Shown piece by piece: positions 29,099 through 38,511 of a DNA stretch of 59,830 nt. The stretch covers positions 1 through 59,830 of the forward strand of contig CAZLJY010000004.1 in assembly GCA_964559945.1 (NCBI GenBank), given 5' to 3'. The position numbers and the translations under genes were made by a program. The notes under the pieces are model-generated. The model searched no databases. It worked only from the letters and a program-made list of their open reading frames with translations, and was not told where the DNA came from. Position 1 is the first letter of the stretch, and each line of letters begins with the position of its first letter. This DNA comes from an uncultured Gammaproteobacteria bacterium. Its GTDB lineage: Bacteria; Pseudomonadota; Gammaproteobacteria; Xanthomonadales; SZUA-38.

Positions 29099-31360
29099 CT
29101 AGGGAGAGGTCAGCGATTCAAAACCGGACCGAAACAACGCCGGGTCAATCAATACGGGCCCTGGAATGCGGTTATCTCGCCGGTTCAATCCCAGTTGATC
29201 ACTGGCATTGCTGCCCCAACAGCTGACCGCACCGGCGCTGCTCAGGGCACAGGTATGGGCGGCACCGGCGCTGATTTGCACAACCCCGCCAGCTAAGCCT
29301 AAAACCGCCACCGGTCCCAGCCGAGAATCGGTGGAATCGTCGCCTAATTGCCCATTGCTGTTTTCACCCCAACACAGTGCACTGCCGTTTTGAAGCGCGC
29401 AGCTGTGAGAGTCGCCGGCGCTGATGCTGGTGACCCCGCTAGCGAGCCCCTGGACCCGCTGGGGCAACAATTGAATTAAGGTGTTGAAGCCAAGACCGAG
29501 CTGACCATCCTCGTTTTCTCCCCAACACAACGCCTCCCCGCCGCTAACCACCGCGCAGCTATGCTCGGTGCCCGCACTGACCACACTGGTCCCTCTTACG
29601 GGAAAATCTAGAGCCACCGCTGTGAACGCCGTGTCCGTTGCATTGTTGCCAATCTGGCCGGCACTATTTAAACCCCAGCAAAAAGCGCTACCGTCGTTGG
29701 TGCTAGCACAAGAGTGAAAGCCCCCTGCGGTAACGCTAGTGACGCCGCTGCGAAGGTCAATAACCTGCACCGGCGCCGTTTGATTGGACAGGCTAGCATC
29801 ACCCAATTGACTTTCGATGTTGCGTCCCCAGCATTGAGCAGCGCCGCTGGCGGTACTGGCGCAGGTATGAAAGTCGCCCGCTTCAATCATGGCGGCTCCA
29901 CTGACCAAGCCGCTTACGACCGTGGGCGTTAGCTGATCTGGCAACGCTTCCACGCCAATCTGACCAAACTCATTGCTACCCCAGCACAGTGCCTGGGACC
30001 CTTGGGTCACCGCACAACTGTGGGATCGGCCGGCGGATATTTGGCTGACGTTGCTGAGGCCCGCCACGTTCACCGGGATCGGTTGGCGCTCAGTGTCGCC
30101 GACCCCCACTTGGCCCCGGGAATTGCTACCCCAACATCGAACACTGCCATTGCTCAATAAGGCACAACTGTGTGAGGCGCCGGTAGCGATGGACTGAACG
30201 CCGCTTTGTAGTCCGGGTACCGGTGTTGGGGAAAGTCTAAACCAGGGCTCGTTGTCTCCCAGCTGGCCGGCAGCGTTGCTACCCCAGCACTGCACCGTTG
30301 CATCTTGGGTCAGTGCACATGTGCTGGTTCGACCGGCATGAACTTCAACCGCGTTGTTAAGGTTCGCTGTAGTCGCCGGCGGGTAACGATCTTCCCTAGA
30401 GCCATCACCCAGCTGACCAAAGGCATTGTCAGACCAGCAACGCACCGTTCCGTCATTCAATGTGGCACAGGCGTGGTCGTAACCGGCGCTCACCTGACTG
30501 ACCCCCGAGGCCAGGCCTTCAATATCAAACAGTTCAAGGGGGTCCGGGTCGAAGGTGTCAAACACACCTAGCTGACGGTCGTAATTGTCGCCCCAGCATT
30601 TAACCCCGCCACTGTCGGTGACTGCGCAGTTAAAATATTCCCCAGCGCTCACTGACCTGACACCACTTTGCAAACCCGCCACTGCGGTTGGTCTACCGAC
30701 GGACTGAAAGCCGCAGCCGAAGGTATTGCAAATACGATCAACCACCCCCCAACAGTCCACGGCGCCGTTGATATCCAGGGAGCAGGTGTTGGCTCGGCCT
30801 GCACTAATGGCCGTGATATTTTGTCGGGTACCCACTGGGGTGGCCTGTTGTCGATTATCCGTATCGCCAGTACCTAGCTGCGCATCACCGTTAAAACCCC
30901 AGCAGCTAACCCCACCATTGCTGCGCAGGGCGCAGGCGTGAACACCGCCAACACTGACCGACTGCGCATCGTCAATGGCCCCTACCATCACCGGCTCGTT
31001 GCTAGAGCGGGTATCGCCATTTCCCAGTTGTCCAAGAAAATTGTCACCCCAGCACTGTACATTGCCATTGCTCATCGCCGCGCAGGTATGGCGTTCACCG
31101 GCACTGACCGAGACCACGCCACTGGAAAGACCGATGACGTCAGCCGGCGTAAAACGGGATTGATTGTCACCGGTGCCCAGTTGGCCGTTGAAATTGTTGC
31201 CCCAACATTTCACCCCGCCGGCCTCAGTGAGCACGCAGGCATGGGACCGACCCTTAGCGAGCTCAACGACCCCCGATAGGGGCGCCAGATCCTGTGCTGC
31301 CGCTAAGCCAGTCACCGCGGTTAGCAACACCGCGAATGTCAAAAACCCTAATCTGTGCAT
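29099..31360 (-). CDS. Secreted RCC1-repeat protein (14 repeats) ending in LFRSGFESLTSP
   Basis: Signal peptide; 14 copies of H[ST]CA...CW[GS]xNxxGQ[LVI]G, one of them degenerate. Confidence 0.92.
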   Translation of the reverse strand: MHRLGFLTFAVLLTAVTGLAAAQDLAPLSGVVELAKGRSHACVLTEAGGVKCWGNNFNGQLGTGDNQSRFTPADVIGLSSGVVSVSAGERHTCAAMSNGNVQCWGDNFLGQLGNGDTRSSNEPVMVGAIDDAQSVSVGGVHACALRSNGGVSCWGFNGDAQLGTGDTDNRQQATPVGTRQNITAISAGRANTCSLDINGAVDCWGVVDRICNTFGCGFQSVGRPTAVAGLQSGVRSVSAGEYFNCAVTDSGGVKCWGDNYDRQLGVFDTFDPDPLELFDIEGLASGVSQVSAGYDHACATLNDGTVRCWSDNAFGQLGDGSREDRYPPATTANLNNAVEVHAGRTSTCALTQDATVQCWGSNAAGQLGDNEPWFRLSPTPVPGLQSGVQSIATGASHSCALLSNGSVRCWGSNSRGQVGVGDTERQPIPVNVAGLSNVSQISAGRSHSCAVTQGSQALCWGSNEFGQIGVEALPDQLTPTVVSGLVSGAAMIEAGDFHTCASTASGAAQCWGRNIESQLGDASLSNQTAPVQVIDLRSGVTSVTAGGFHSCASTNDGSAFCWGLNSAGQIGNNATDTAFTAVALDFPVRGTSVVSAGTEHSCAVVSGGEALCWGENEDGQLGLGFNTLIQLLPQRVQGLASGVTSISAGDSHSCALQNGSALCWGENSNGQLGDDSTDSRLGPVAVLGLAGGVVQISAGAAHTCALSSAGAVSCWGSNASDQLGLNRRDNRIPGPVLIDPALFRSGFESLTSP

Positions 31361-31503
31361 CGTTCCGGCACCGTATAAATTGACCTCTACATTAGCAACA
31401 AGCGCAGATCAGCGCGCAAACGGATCAAACGCCCATCAATTTGGCGGCCAAAAATTCTCCCCAACAGACATCCAGTTAATTCAGCAACTCACATCGCCAA
31501 GGC

Positions 31504-32763
31504 TTAAGCTAACAGGAACAAAGAAATTTGCGGGATGAAGGTCACCAACACCAGTCCAAGCAACATGATCAACAAGAACGGCACCACCGCTTTACAAATT
31601 GTCCAGAAATCTTCTCGGAATGCGCCCATGGCTACAATCAGATTCAATCCGAACGGCGGCGTTAAATAGCCAATTTCTAAGTTAACGATCATCATTATGC
31701 CGAAGTGAACCGGGTTAATGCCCTGAGCGTCGGCTACCGGTGCCAGCATTGGTGCGAGGATCAGCACCGCTGAGCCAATGTCCATCACGGTACCCACCAT
31801 CAGAAGGAATAGATTGCTGGTCAGCAAAAATTCTGTTGGGCTGGAAAACTGTTCCATGAACCAGGCCACCACCTGTTCCGGCACACGTTCATAGGTTAGG
31901 AACACATTCAAACTGACCGCTAGCATTAACACCGGGAACAAGGAACCCAGGAGACGCGAGGTTTCACCGACGACATCGTAAACGCCTTTGGCTCCAAGCT
32001 CTCGATGAACCAGCATCTCAACCAACAGGGCGTACACCACGGCAACCGCAGCAGACTCCGTTGCCGTAAAGTGACCGGAGTAAATGCCACCCAGAATAAT
32101 CACCGGCATCAACAGTGACCAAATACCTTCTTTCAGCGAAACCGCAATTTCGCCAACGTCCCAGTGACCGCCGCGCTGATCCCAATTGCGAAATACCGCA
32201 TACAGACTCAGCAAAACCGTCAACACCAGCGCCGGCCCAATGCCGGCAACAAACAAGTCGGTAATCGACACCCGGGTCATCACGCCATACAAAATCAGCG
32301 GAATACTGGGAGGCACAATGATGCCCAAGGTGCCAGCCGCACACAGCGCGCCTAAAGAAAATGCCCGGGAGTACCCTGCGTTAAGCAACGCCGGGTACAT
32401 CACGCTGCCAACCGCTAGCAAGGTCACCGTTGACGAGCCCGAGATCGCTGCAAAGAGCGCGCAAGCCAACACCGTCGCCATCGCCATCCCACCAGGGATT
32501 GGCCCGGTGAGCGCTGCGATAAATCGCACCAGCCGTTTGGCCATTGCACCCCGAGACATAATTTGTCCGGATAAGATAAACAGCGGTATGGAGAGCAAGA
32601 CGTCCCGGTTCAGCGCGTGCCAGGCATCCAACAAAATAAAGCTTGGATGATCTGGACTTTGGCTCAGATAGACCCAAACCAAGGCGACGCCCAGCACCAC
32701 AACCAATGGCTGGCGTAACACCAGTAGAGCCAGCAAAACCGCCGTAATGAGGAGTACCGTCAC
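31504..32763 (-). CDS. TRAP transporter large permease (DctM type)
   Basis: LLSIPLFIL, FAAISGSS, GTLGIIVPPSIPLILYG, VNLEIGYLTPPFGLNL. Confidence 0.93.
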   Translation of the reverse strand: MTVLLITAVLLALLVLRQPLVVVLGVALVWVYLSQSPDHPSFILLDAWHALNRDVLLSIPLFILSGQIMSRGAMAKRLVRFIAALTGPIPGGMAMATVLACALFAAISGSSTVTLLAVGSVMYPALLNAGYSRAFSLGALCAAGTLGIIVPPSIPLILYGVMTRVSITDLFVAGIGPALVLTVLLSLYAVFRNWDQRGGHWDVGEIAVSLKEGIWSLLMPVIILGGIYSGHFTATESAAVAVVYALLVEMLVHRELGAKGVYDVVGETSRLLGSLFPVLMLAVSLNVFLTYERVPEQVVAWFMEQFSSPTEFLLTSNLFLLMVGTVMDIGSAVLILAPMLAPVADAQGINPVHFGIMMIVNLEIGYLTPPFGLNLIVAMGAFREDFWTICKAVVPFLLIMLLGLVLVTFIPQISLFLLA

Positions 32764-33284
32764 GAGGATGTTTCAGTCTTGTCAGGCCCGTGAATGGGAT
32801 CTGCAGGACACCAATCCGGATTGACGGCAAAGGCGCCATGGCGGATCGCAGCGATGAAAAATGCCAGCGGTATGACCGCCATCATGGGCCACACCAGCAC
32901 CCCAATGAGCACCGAACGTTCCTCCAGCAATAACGCGCTGTAGGTGATCTTGGCGCCGAAAAAAGCGAACACGGCAAAAAATGCGGCGGTTAACAATTCA
33001 GCCAGCCGTTGGATTTGGCGGTCCCAGCGGGCCGGCAGCCAACTGTCAGCAAACCGTGGGCGAAGGTGCGTACCGGCACTGGAGGCCAGACCCAAACCCA
33101 GCATCACAACAACAATGTTGGCGTAAACACCGGCTTGCCGCGCCCAGTGTAGGCCAACACCGGTGGTCTCCCGCCACAGCACATCAGCAAAGATGGCCAG
33201 CACCATAAAGGTGAAGGCGGCAAAGGTTGCGACACGTTCGAAATGGCTAAGCGTTTGCAGCCAACCTGGGGAAGAGTTGTCCAT
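32760..33284 (-). CDS. TRAP transporter small permease (DctQ type)
   Basis: Four TM segments; ADVLWRE...HLR motif; overlaps dctM by 4 nt. Confidence 0.85.
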   Translation of the reverse strand: MDNSSPGWLQTLSHFERVATFAAFTFMVLAIFADVLWRETTGVGLHWARQAGVYANIVVVMLGLGLASSAGTHLRPRFADSWLPARWDRQIQRLAELLTAAFFAVFAFFGAKITYSALLLEERSVLIGVLVWPMMAVIPLAFFIAAIRHGAFAVNPDWCPADPIHGPDKTETSS

Positions 33285-33318
33285 TAGAAAAAAGTGGTGG
33301 TGTCCTTGTCGGCGTTAT

Positions 33319-34902
33319 TCACGTTCCGTTTCTCATTGTTTCACCAAGCCCTTCGAGGGTTACCGGGGTAAGCCACGGTGCATCGGGAAAGGCCCGACGG
33401 GCTGCACAACCCAATGGGTCATCAAGCAGACTGATCCAGCGCCCCATTGATCGATCGGGCTCGGGAAGTTCAGTCAGTTGTGAAATCGTGCCAGCAATAT
33501 CATCGCAAGCCAACACCGCATTAAGTTGACCGGTCAAACTGTTCCCGTCCAGCCGGGGAAGTCCTTCCAACGCGTTGGCCGGCTGCGGGTCATCCCAGGG
33601 TGCAAACATCTGCCGCATACGCAGCCAATGCCATGCTTCAACCCAATGGCTGCCGCTGGTTCGTGGGGTAAGGTCCGGCAGTACCATGTCAGCGGGACGA
33701 GGGTTGAGCAGAGCAAGATCACAATCAAATTGTTGTGCCAGCATCATGCCCAACCCAGCGCTTTCGCCGATAGCCAGCACCTCAGGAGGGGCTTGCAGTG
33801 TTTCGGACAGCTGCCGATACACCTCCGCGACATCCTGCAGAAAACTACTCGACGGCATGCTTGCGCCATGCCCGGGAAGATCCGGCACGATGCAGCGTCG
33901 ATGCTGACTCAAGGCAGTAGTCACCGTACCGATTGCCGCCGCGTTAAATCCGGGTTGGTGAAGGATTAACAGAGGTTTGCCGGATCCGACCACGTAAAGA
34001 TGTATACGCCCCAGGTAGGTTCTGGGTTCATCGACCTGGGGTAAATTCGTTGGCGGCTCAACCATGGAGGCGCAATTCTGACGGTCCACCTCCTCAACCA
34101 GCGCCGTCGCCCGCTGTTCCATGGTCGGCCCACATTTCACCATCCGAAAGTTATCGCCAAAGGGGTAATTGTCAAACAGATCGGTATAGGGTTTTACGAT
34201 GCTTCCCTCCCAGCGTATGACGCTAGTGGGCACCGTGACCTCCTGTAACAGAGCAACATTTTCGCAAATAAAGGCCTCGCGATACGCCCAGGCGTAGTTG
34301 GGGCCTGCAGCCAAAACCTGGTTGGCAAAACTATTTGTAACTGCCGGACTCAGACCGCCCTGGGGTAAACGGGCACCATGATCTGGCCAGGGGAAAAATA
34401 GCAATTGATCCCTGGCCAGGGACCAGGTTCGCGTGAGATGCCCGCCTAGGTCATCAATAGGAATTTCAGGAAAGTAGCCATCAATCAGTCGATCGCGCTC
34501 TTCGTCGCTGAAATGCGCCGCGTTGTCAGCGATAAGGTATAAGCATCGCGATGGGTAGCTGCGAGCATAGGCCACGCCAATTTGCGCGCCCGTGGCGGTT
34601 CCGTAAACGCCCATTTTTTCAAAACCCATGGCAATGCGAAACTGCTCCAGTGCCTCTGCGTATTGAGTCAAACCCTCTCCAGTGGGGTTTGTTGGCAGCG
34701 GATCTGATAAGCCGTAGCCGGGTGTATCTAATGCCAGCACCATGGCCTTTTGGGACAAAGGCTCAGCCAGGGGCATCAACATCTTTGACGACAACGGAGA
34801 GGCATGCAGCATCACTAACGGCGGCCCGGAACCCGCCGTTCGATAGTGAATCAACCGAGGTTGATTTGCTGTCCCAATATTGACATATGCACAGCGCATC
34901 AT
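33319..34902 (-). CDS. Tandem alpha/beta-hydrolase-fold protein
   Basis: Domain 1: MLHASP, LDTPGYGLSD, elbow YGTATGA. Domain 2: ILHQPG, PDLPGHGAS, IGESAG. Confidence 0.8.
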   Translation of the reverse strand: MMRCAYVNIGTANQPRLIHYRTAGSGPPLVMLHASPLSSKMLMPLAEPLSQKAMVLALDTPGYGLSDPLPTNPTGEGLTQYAEALEQFRIAMGFEKMGVYGTATGAQIGVAYARSYPSRCLYLIADNAAHFSDEERDRLIDGYFPEIPIDDLGGHLTRTWSLARDQLLFFPWPDHGARLPQGGLSPAVTNSFANQVLAAGPNYAWAYREAFICENVALLQEVTVPTSVIRWEGSIVKPYTDLFDNYPFGDNFRMVKCGPTMEQRATALVEEVDRQNCASMVEPPTNLPQVDEPRTYLGRIHLYVVGSGKPLLILHQPGFNAAAIGTVTTALSQHRRCIVPDLPGHGASMPSSSFLQDVAEVYRQLSETLQAPPEVLAIGESAGLGMMLAQQFDCDLALLNPRPADMVLPDLTPRTSGSHWVEAWHWLRMRQMFAPWDDPQPANALEGLPRLDGNSLTGQLNAVLACDDIAGTISQLTELPEPDRSMGRWISLLDDPLGCAARRAFPDAPWLTPVTLEGLGETMRNGT

Positions 34903-34918
34903 TGGGTCCGGTTGACGA

Positions 34919-36517
34919 TCAGGCGTTTGGGTTTTCGTTACCCAGCCCCAGACTTCCCGGATTCATTCGATGAGCGGGGTCCAAAGCATCTTTGATGTCC
35001 ACTAGTGCTTTCCAAGTCCGAGGGTTCACTGCACTTAAGGGATAGGTTTTTCCCACCTGAAAGTGGACGGCACCTACCGCTGCAAAGATGTCGACCATCG
35101 CCGAGCGCAGACGATCCACTTCTGCTCGCGCCTCAAGGTTTTCATCAAAACCCGTCATCCGTTTACGCACCGAGGGTTCCACGGTTAAATCGTGGAGCTC
35201 AGCCATGGCATCAGGCCAGAAAAAAACCGGCTCTAAAAGAAAGCAGCTGGTGGATACGGTGGCAAATAGATAACCCACCTCAATGTTGTGTTTTTCGATG
35301 GTGGCTGCCTCGCGCTTCTCCAGGTCCTGGATCTGGCCTGTCACCAGCGCGGCCTTGGAGTGAGGCACCAGCGCGTGAATAGGCGCCCATCGCTCGCCAT
35401 TGGGTCCCACCACGTTATTGAGTGGAGTGAATGGATTGGCCCGCAAAATCCTCGGGATAGAATCGTCCAAGGCCTTGCCATTGCGCTGCGCACAGATATC
35501 TGCGATGTCATTGGCACAGGCGGCGGCGGCGGCTTCCACTCTCTCTTCCACCATAAAATGGGTAGAGAAGATTGCATCATCCATGAACTTTCGCCCGGCC
35601 AAAGCGACCTTCAGGCCACTTTTCAACGCGCCGCCCACAGAACCGCTGGCTTTCATCACCCCGGCCAGGGATTTCACATCTTTGGCCAAACTCTCGCGCT
35701 TCAAACGCATGCCCGTTAAGCAAGGGTCAAAGGCAAAACACTCCATCGCCAATCCCTGTCGGCTAACCTCGCTCATGGCGCTGATCATGTCTTTGTAGTC
35801 ATCAAAGGCGAATGACAAATACCGTCGCGCATCCATCTGTTGAATGAGCTGGAGGGTGACGGTGGCCTTCATGCCTAGGGCGCCGGTGTCGCCGGTGAAT
35901 AAGCCGGTCAGGTCTGGCCCAAAATGACGGAAAAAGGGATTGCCGTTTGGCTGCGCGCCCGAGCCGGTAACCACCACCTCGCCGTCAGCCAAAACCACCT
36001 CCATCCCGATGACGGAATCGGCGCTCACGCCGTATCGTCCCGAGCCCCAGAACATGGCGTTTTGAGACATGCCCCCGCCCACTGTGGCGGTAATACCTGA
36101 CAAGGTGCCCCAAAACGGCGTGCGCAATCCGGTGTCTTTTAGCGCATTGTGTAAATCCAACCAAGTGCAACCGCTTTGCACTTTGACGTACATGTCTTCC
36201 TGGTTGATTTCCAGCACCTGGTTCATGGCCGACATATCTACCAATACGGTTCCCGCTTGAGTCGCCAAATATCCAGCGGTATAGGACATACCGCCGCCGC
36301 GAGCGACCACCGCCTGACCCGCCTCAGCGCATATCGTCACTACCTGACTCAGTTGCTCTGTTGTGGTTGGAGATACCACCACGCAGACCGGCTCGCCTCG
36401 GCAATAGACATCCTGGGACATTAACGCAATCGTTGCCTCATCCACCGCAACCTGGGATGGATCCAAGAGGTGTTGCAGCTGTTCAATCAGCGTGTCGGTT
36501 GATCGTGCTTGAGCCAT
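34919..36517 (-). CDS. FAD-linked oxidase (VAO/PCMH-GlcD superfamily), paralog 2
   Basis: ARGGGMSYT, LRTPFWG, ATVGGGMSQN, GPDLTGLF, HFQVGKTYP, DPAHRMNPG. Confidence 0.88.
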   Translation of the reverse strand: MAQARSTDTLIEQLQHLLDPSQVAVDEATIALMSQDVYCRGEPVCVVVSPTTTEQLSQVVTICAEAGQAVVARGGGMSYTAGYLATQAGTVLVDMSAMNQVLEINQEDMYVKVQSGCTWLDLHNALKDTGLRTPFWGTLSGITATVGGGMSQNAMFWGSGRYGVSADSVIGMEVVLADGEVVVTGSGAQPNGNPFFRHFGPDLTGLFTGDTGALGMKATVTLQLIQQMDARRYLSFAFDDYKDMISAMSEVSRQGLAMECFAFDPCLTGMRLKRESLAKDVKSLAGVMKASGSVGGALKSGLKVALAGRKFMDDAIFSTHFMVEERVEAAAAACANDIADICAQRNGKALDDSIPRILRANPFTPLNNVVGPNGERWAPIHALVPHSKAALVTGQIQDLEKREAATIEKHNIEVGYLFATVSTSCFLLEPVFFWPDAMAELHDLTVEPSVRKRMTGFDENLEARAEVDRLRSAMVDIFAAVGAVHFQVGKTYPLSAVNPRTWKALVDIKDALDPAHRMNPGSLGLGNENPNA

Positions 36518-36546
36518 GACTGTTGCCGTTTGTCTGCGCGGAAGTT

Positions 36547-36570
36547 AAATGTACTATATCTATAACATTT
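36547..36570. promoter_or_regulatory. Candidate operator AAATGT-N12-ACATTT in a divergent promoter
   Basis: AT-rich imperfect palindrome 30 nt upstream of the FAD oxidase start. Confidence 0.4.
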
Positions 36571-36695
36571 AACCACAGGTGACCTAAAAATGGATAACCG
36601 GCAAATCGTGCTGAAGCCTCGAAGCCAAGAGGTGCCCTTTACCAAGGACAAGGCCCTGCCCTTATCCCCATTTTGGGTCCAAGCCTAAACTTGCC

Positions 36696-37556
36696 ATGAG
36701 TCGACGACTAGGGCTGCTGGAACTCCACGTGGCAGTGCTGCTGTTTGGCCTGGCGGGGGTTGTGGGTAAAGCCATCAGCGCCGGCGCACTGGCCATAGTA
36801 CTGGGTCGATCGGCCATTGCCGCAGTGATCCTGGGCGCGGGTTTGGCCTTATGGGGCGGCGGCTTAAAACTCCCTAAGGGTGATCGAGCCGGCCTGCTGG
36901 GGACAGGCTTTTTGCTGGCCGCCCATTGGCTAGCGTTTTTCCATGCCATCGCCCTGTCTAGCGTTGCCATTGGGGTTGTTGGCTTTGCGACCTTTCCCCT
37001 GTTCGTAAGCTTGATGTCGCCAATGCTTGGCGGACCTCGCCCGCGCTGGATCGACGGGCTGACCGCGCTGGCTGTACTCCTAGGGCTCACCTTGGTCGCC
37101 TCACCAAGCAATACCGCCAGCCATGGAGGGGCACTGGCCCTCGCGGTATTTTCCGGATGGCTTTTTGCTGGCCTCACCCTGCTCAATCGGCGATTGGTGT
37201 TGCGCCAACCGTTTTTGCTGGTGTCGTTTTATCAGCATGCCGGCGCAGCAGTGGTTCTTGTTCCCGTTGCGGTGATCGCGGGGGCAACGGTGCAAGGGCA
37301 AGACTATTGGCTAATTGCGGTGCTAGGTATTGTATGCACCGCGTTCGCACAAACTCTGTTTGTGAAGTCCTTAGCGAAGATTGAAGCCCCACTGGCCAGC
37401 GTGGTGACGGGTCTTGAACCGATTTACGCCATCGCCCTGGCAGCTTGGCTGATCAATGAAATACCGTCAACGCTGACACTACTGGGCGCAGCCTTGGTTG
37501 TGGCCGCGGTATTTATCGCAAGCCTGGCGAGGCCTGCGTCACCGGCTCGGCGTTAG
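36696..37556 (+). CDS. DMT/EamA-family transporter
   Basis: About 10 TM segments in two repeats; GFATFPLFV, LEPIYAIALAAWLINE. Confidence 0.88.
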   Translation: MSRRLGLLELHVAVLLFGLAGVVGKAISAGALAIVLGRSAIAAVILGAGLALWGGGLKLPKGDRAGLLGTGFLLAAHWLAFFHAIALSSVAIGVVGFATFPLFVSLMSPMLGGPRPRWIDGLTALAVLLGLTLVASPSNTASHGGALALAVFSGWLFAGLTLLNRRLVLRQPFLLVSFYQHAGAAVVLVPVAVIAGATVQGQDYWLIAVLGIVCTAFAQTLFVKSLAKIEAPLASVVTGLEPIYAIALAAWLINEIPSTLTLLGAALVVAAVFIASLARPASPARR

Positions 37557-37573
37557 ACTTTGGCCTTGAGAAA

Positions 37574-38230
37574 TCAGAACGAAGGCTTGTCAATTCCAAG
37601 CCACGCGGCAATCAGAACCAGAGCGTAGATTGTTAACACCACCCAATATACTGGCCCGATAGCTTTGCTGTAGGCCGCATTTTTCTGATCGTCGGCGCCC
37701 TCCATTGCAATGCTCATAAAGACATCCACGGCCGGCTTGAATAGGACATCAAGAATCACACCGGCAACAAAAATCAGACCCACACTTAATACCTTCAGCG
37801 CCAGCCAGGTGGGCACCGAATCACCCAACAACAGACCAATAGCAATGCCCGAAACTGCGAGCGCCAACACCCCATTGGCAAAGAAATTGAAGGTCATCAC
37901 GCGTTTTTCCAGCGGCGTCTCTGGATTGAGAAAACCCACCCAAAGGATTGTCGCCCAGGCAAGACCCGCAGCCCATACAGCGCCCAGAACGGTGTTAGAA
38001 ACATCTACCAAATTTAATAACACCGCCAAACTCAGGCCCGAGGGAAGAATCAAGGTCAGCGCGGTCCGCGGCATCCGGTCCAGCACCAAGGCAACTTTTA
38101 GTACGGTAACCCGGGTTTCCACACTCAAATCGGAGCGTTCGGTGGCCTTCGCCCCTAATAGAACCCCAAGATCAGTGCCCAGCCAAAATACCAACAGCAG
38201 GATGTGGAAGAAGATGAGTAAGCTATACAT
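37574..38230 (-). CDS. Hypothetical integral membrane protein (about 6 TM)
   Basis: FHILLLVFWLGTDLG...; its ATG overlaps the upstream stop (TAATG). Confidence 0.8.
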   Translation of the reverse strand: MYSLLIFFHILLLVFWLGTDLGVLLGAKATERSDLSVETRVTVLKVALVLDRMPRTALTLILPSGLSLAVLLNLVDVSNTVLGAVWAAGLAWATILWVGFLNPETPLEKRVMTFNFFANGVLALAVSGIAIGLLLGDSVPTWLALKVLSVGLIFVAGVILDVLFKPAVDVFMSIAMEGADDQKNAAYSKAIGPVYWVVLTIYALVLIAAWLGIDKPSF

Positions 38231-38511
38231 TAGTTATCAATGTTCCTGGCGGCGCCCATGACGTCGCGTATGAGTTTTCCGGCGGCGGCATCTAGCGAGC
38301 CACTGTCCTGCTCGCTGAATTCGCTGTTTTCCATCTCTTCTGCACTCACCAGCCCTTTATCGGCGAGCAACTTTTCTAACATGGCGTGACGCTCCCTTAG
38401 CGCCCAGTGCTCTTCCAACAGACGGGTGACAATAGCCAGCAGCCGATCCACATCTGGGTCATCAAAAAAGGCCGTGCGTCCCCCTTTTACCTCGCGGCTC
38501 ATTTCATCCAT
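38230..38511 (-). CDS. Small hypothetical helical protein (93 aa)
   Basis: GGRTAFFDDPDVDRLLAIVTRLLEEHWALRERHAMLEKLLADKGLV; ATG at 38511 overlaps the methyltransferase stop (TGATG). Confidence 0.8.
   Translation of the reverse strand: MDEMSREVKGGRTAFFDDPDVDRLLAIVTRLLEEHWALRERHAMLEKLLADKGLVSAEEMENSEFSEQDSGSLDAAAGKLIRDVMGAARNIDN

Noticed and set aside
29099-31360. Repetitive DNA as an array
   Set aside because: The periodicity is explained by in-frame RCC1 protein repeats.
33319-34902. Atypical hydrolase standing in for the missing DctP
   Set aside because: No signal peptide or lipobox, so it is predicted cytoplasmic.
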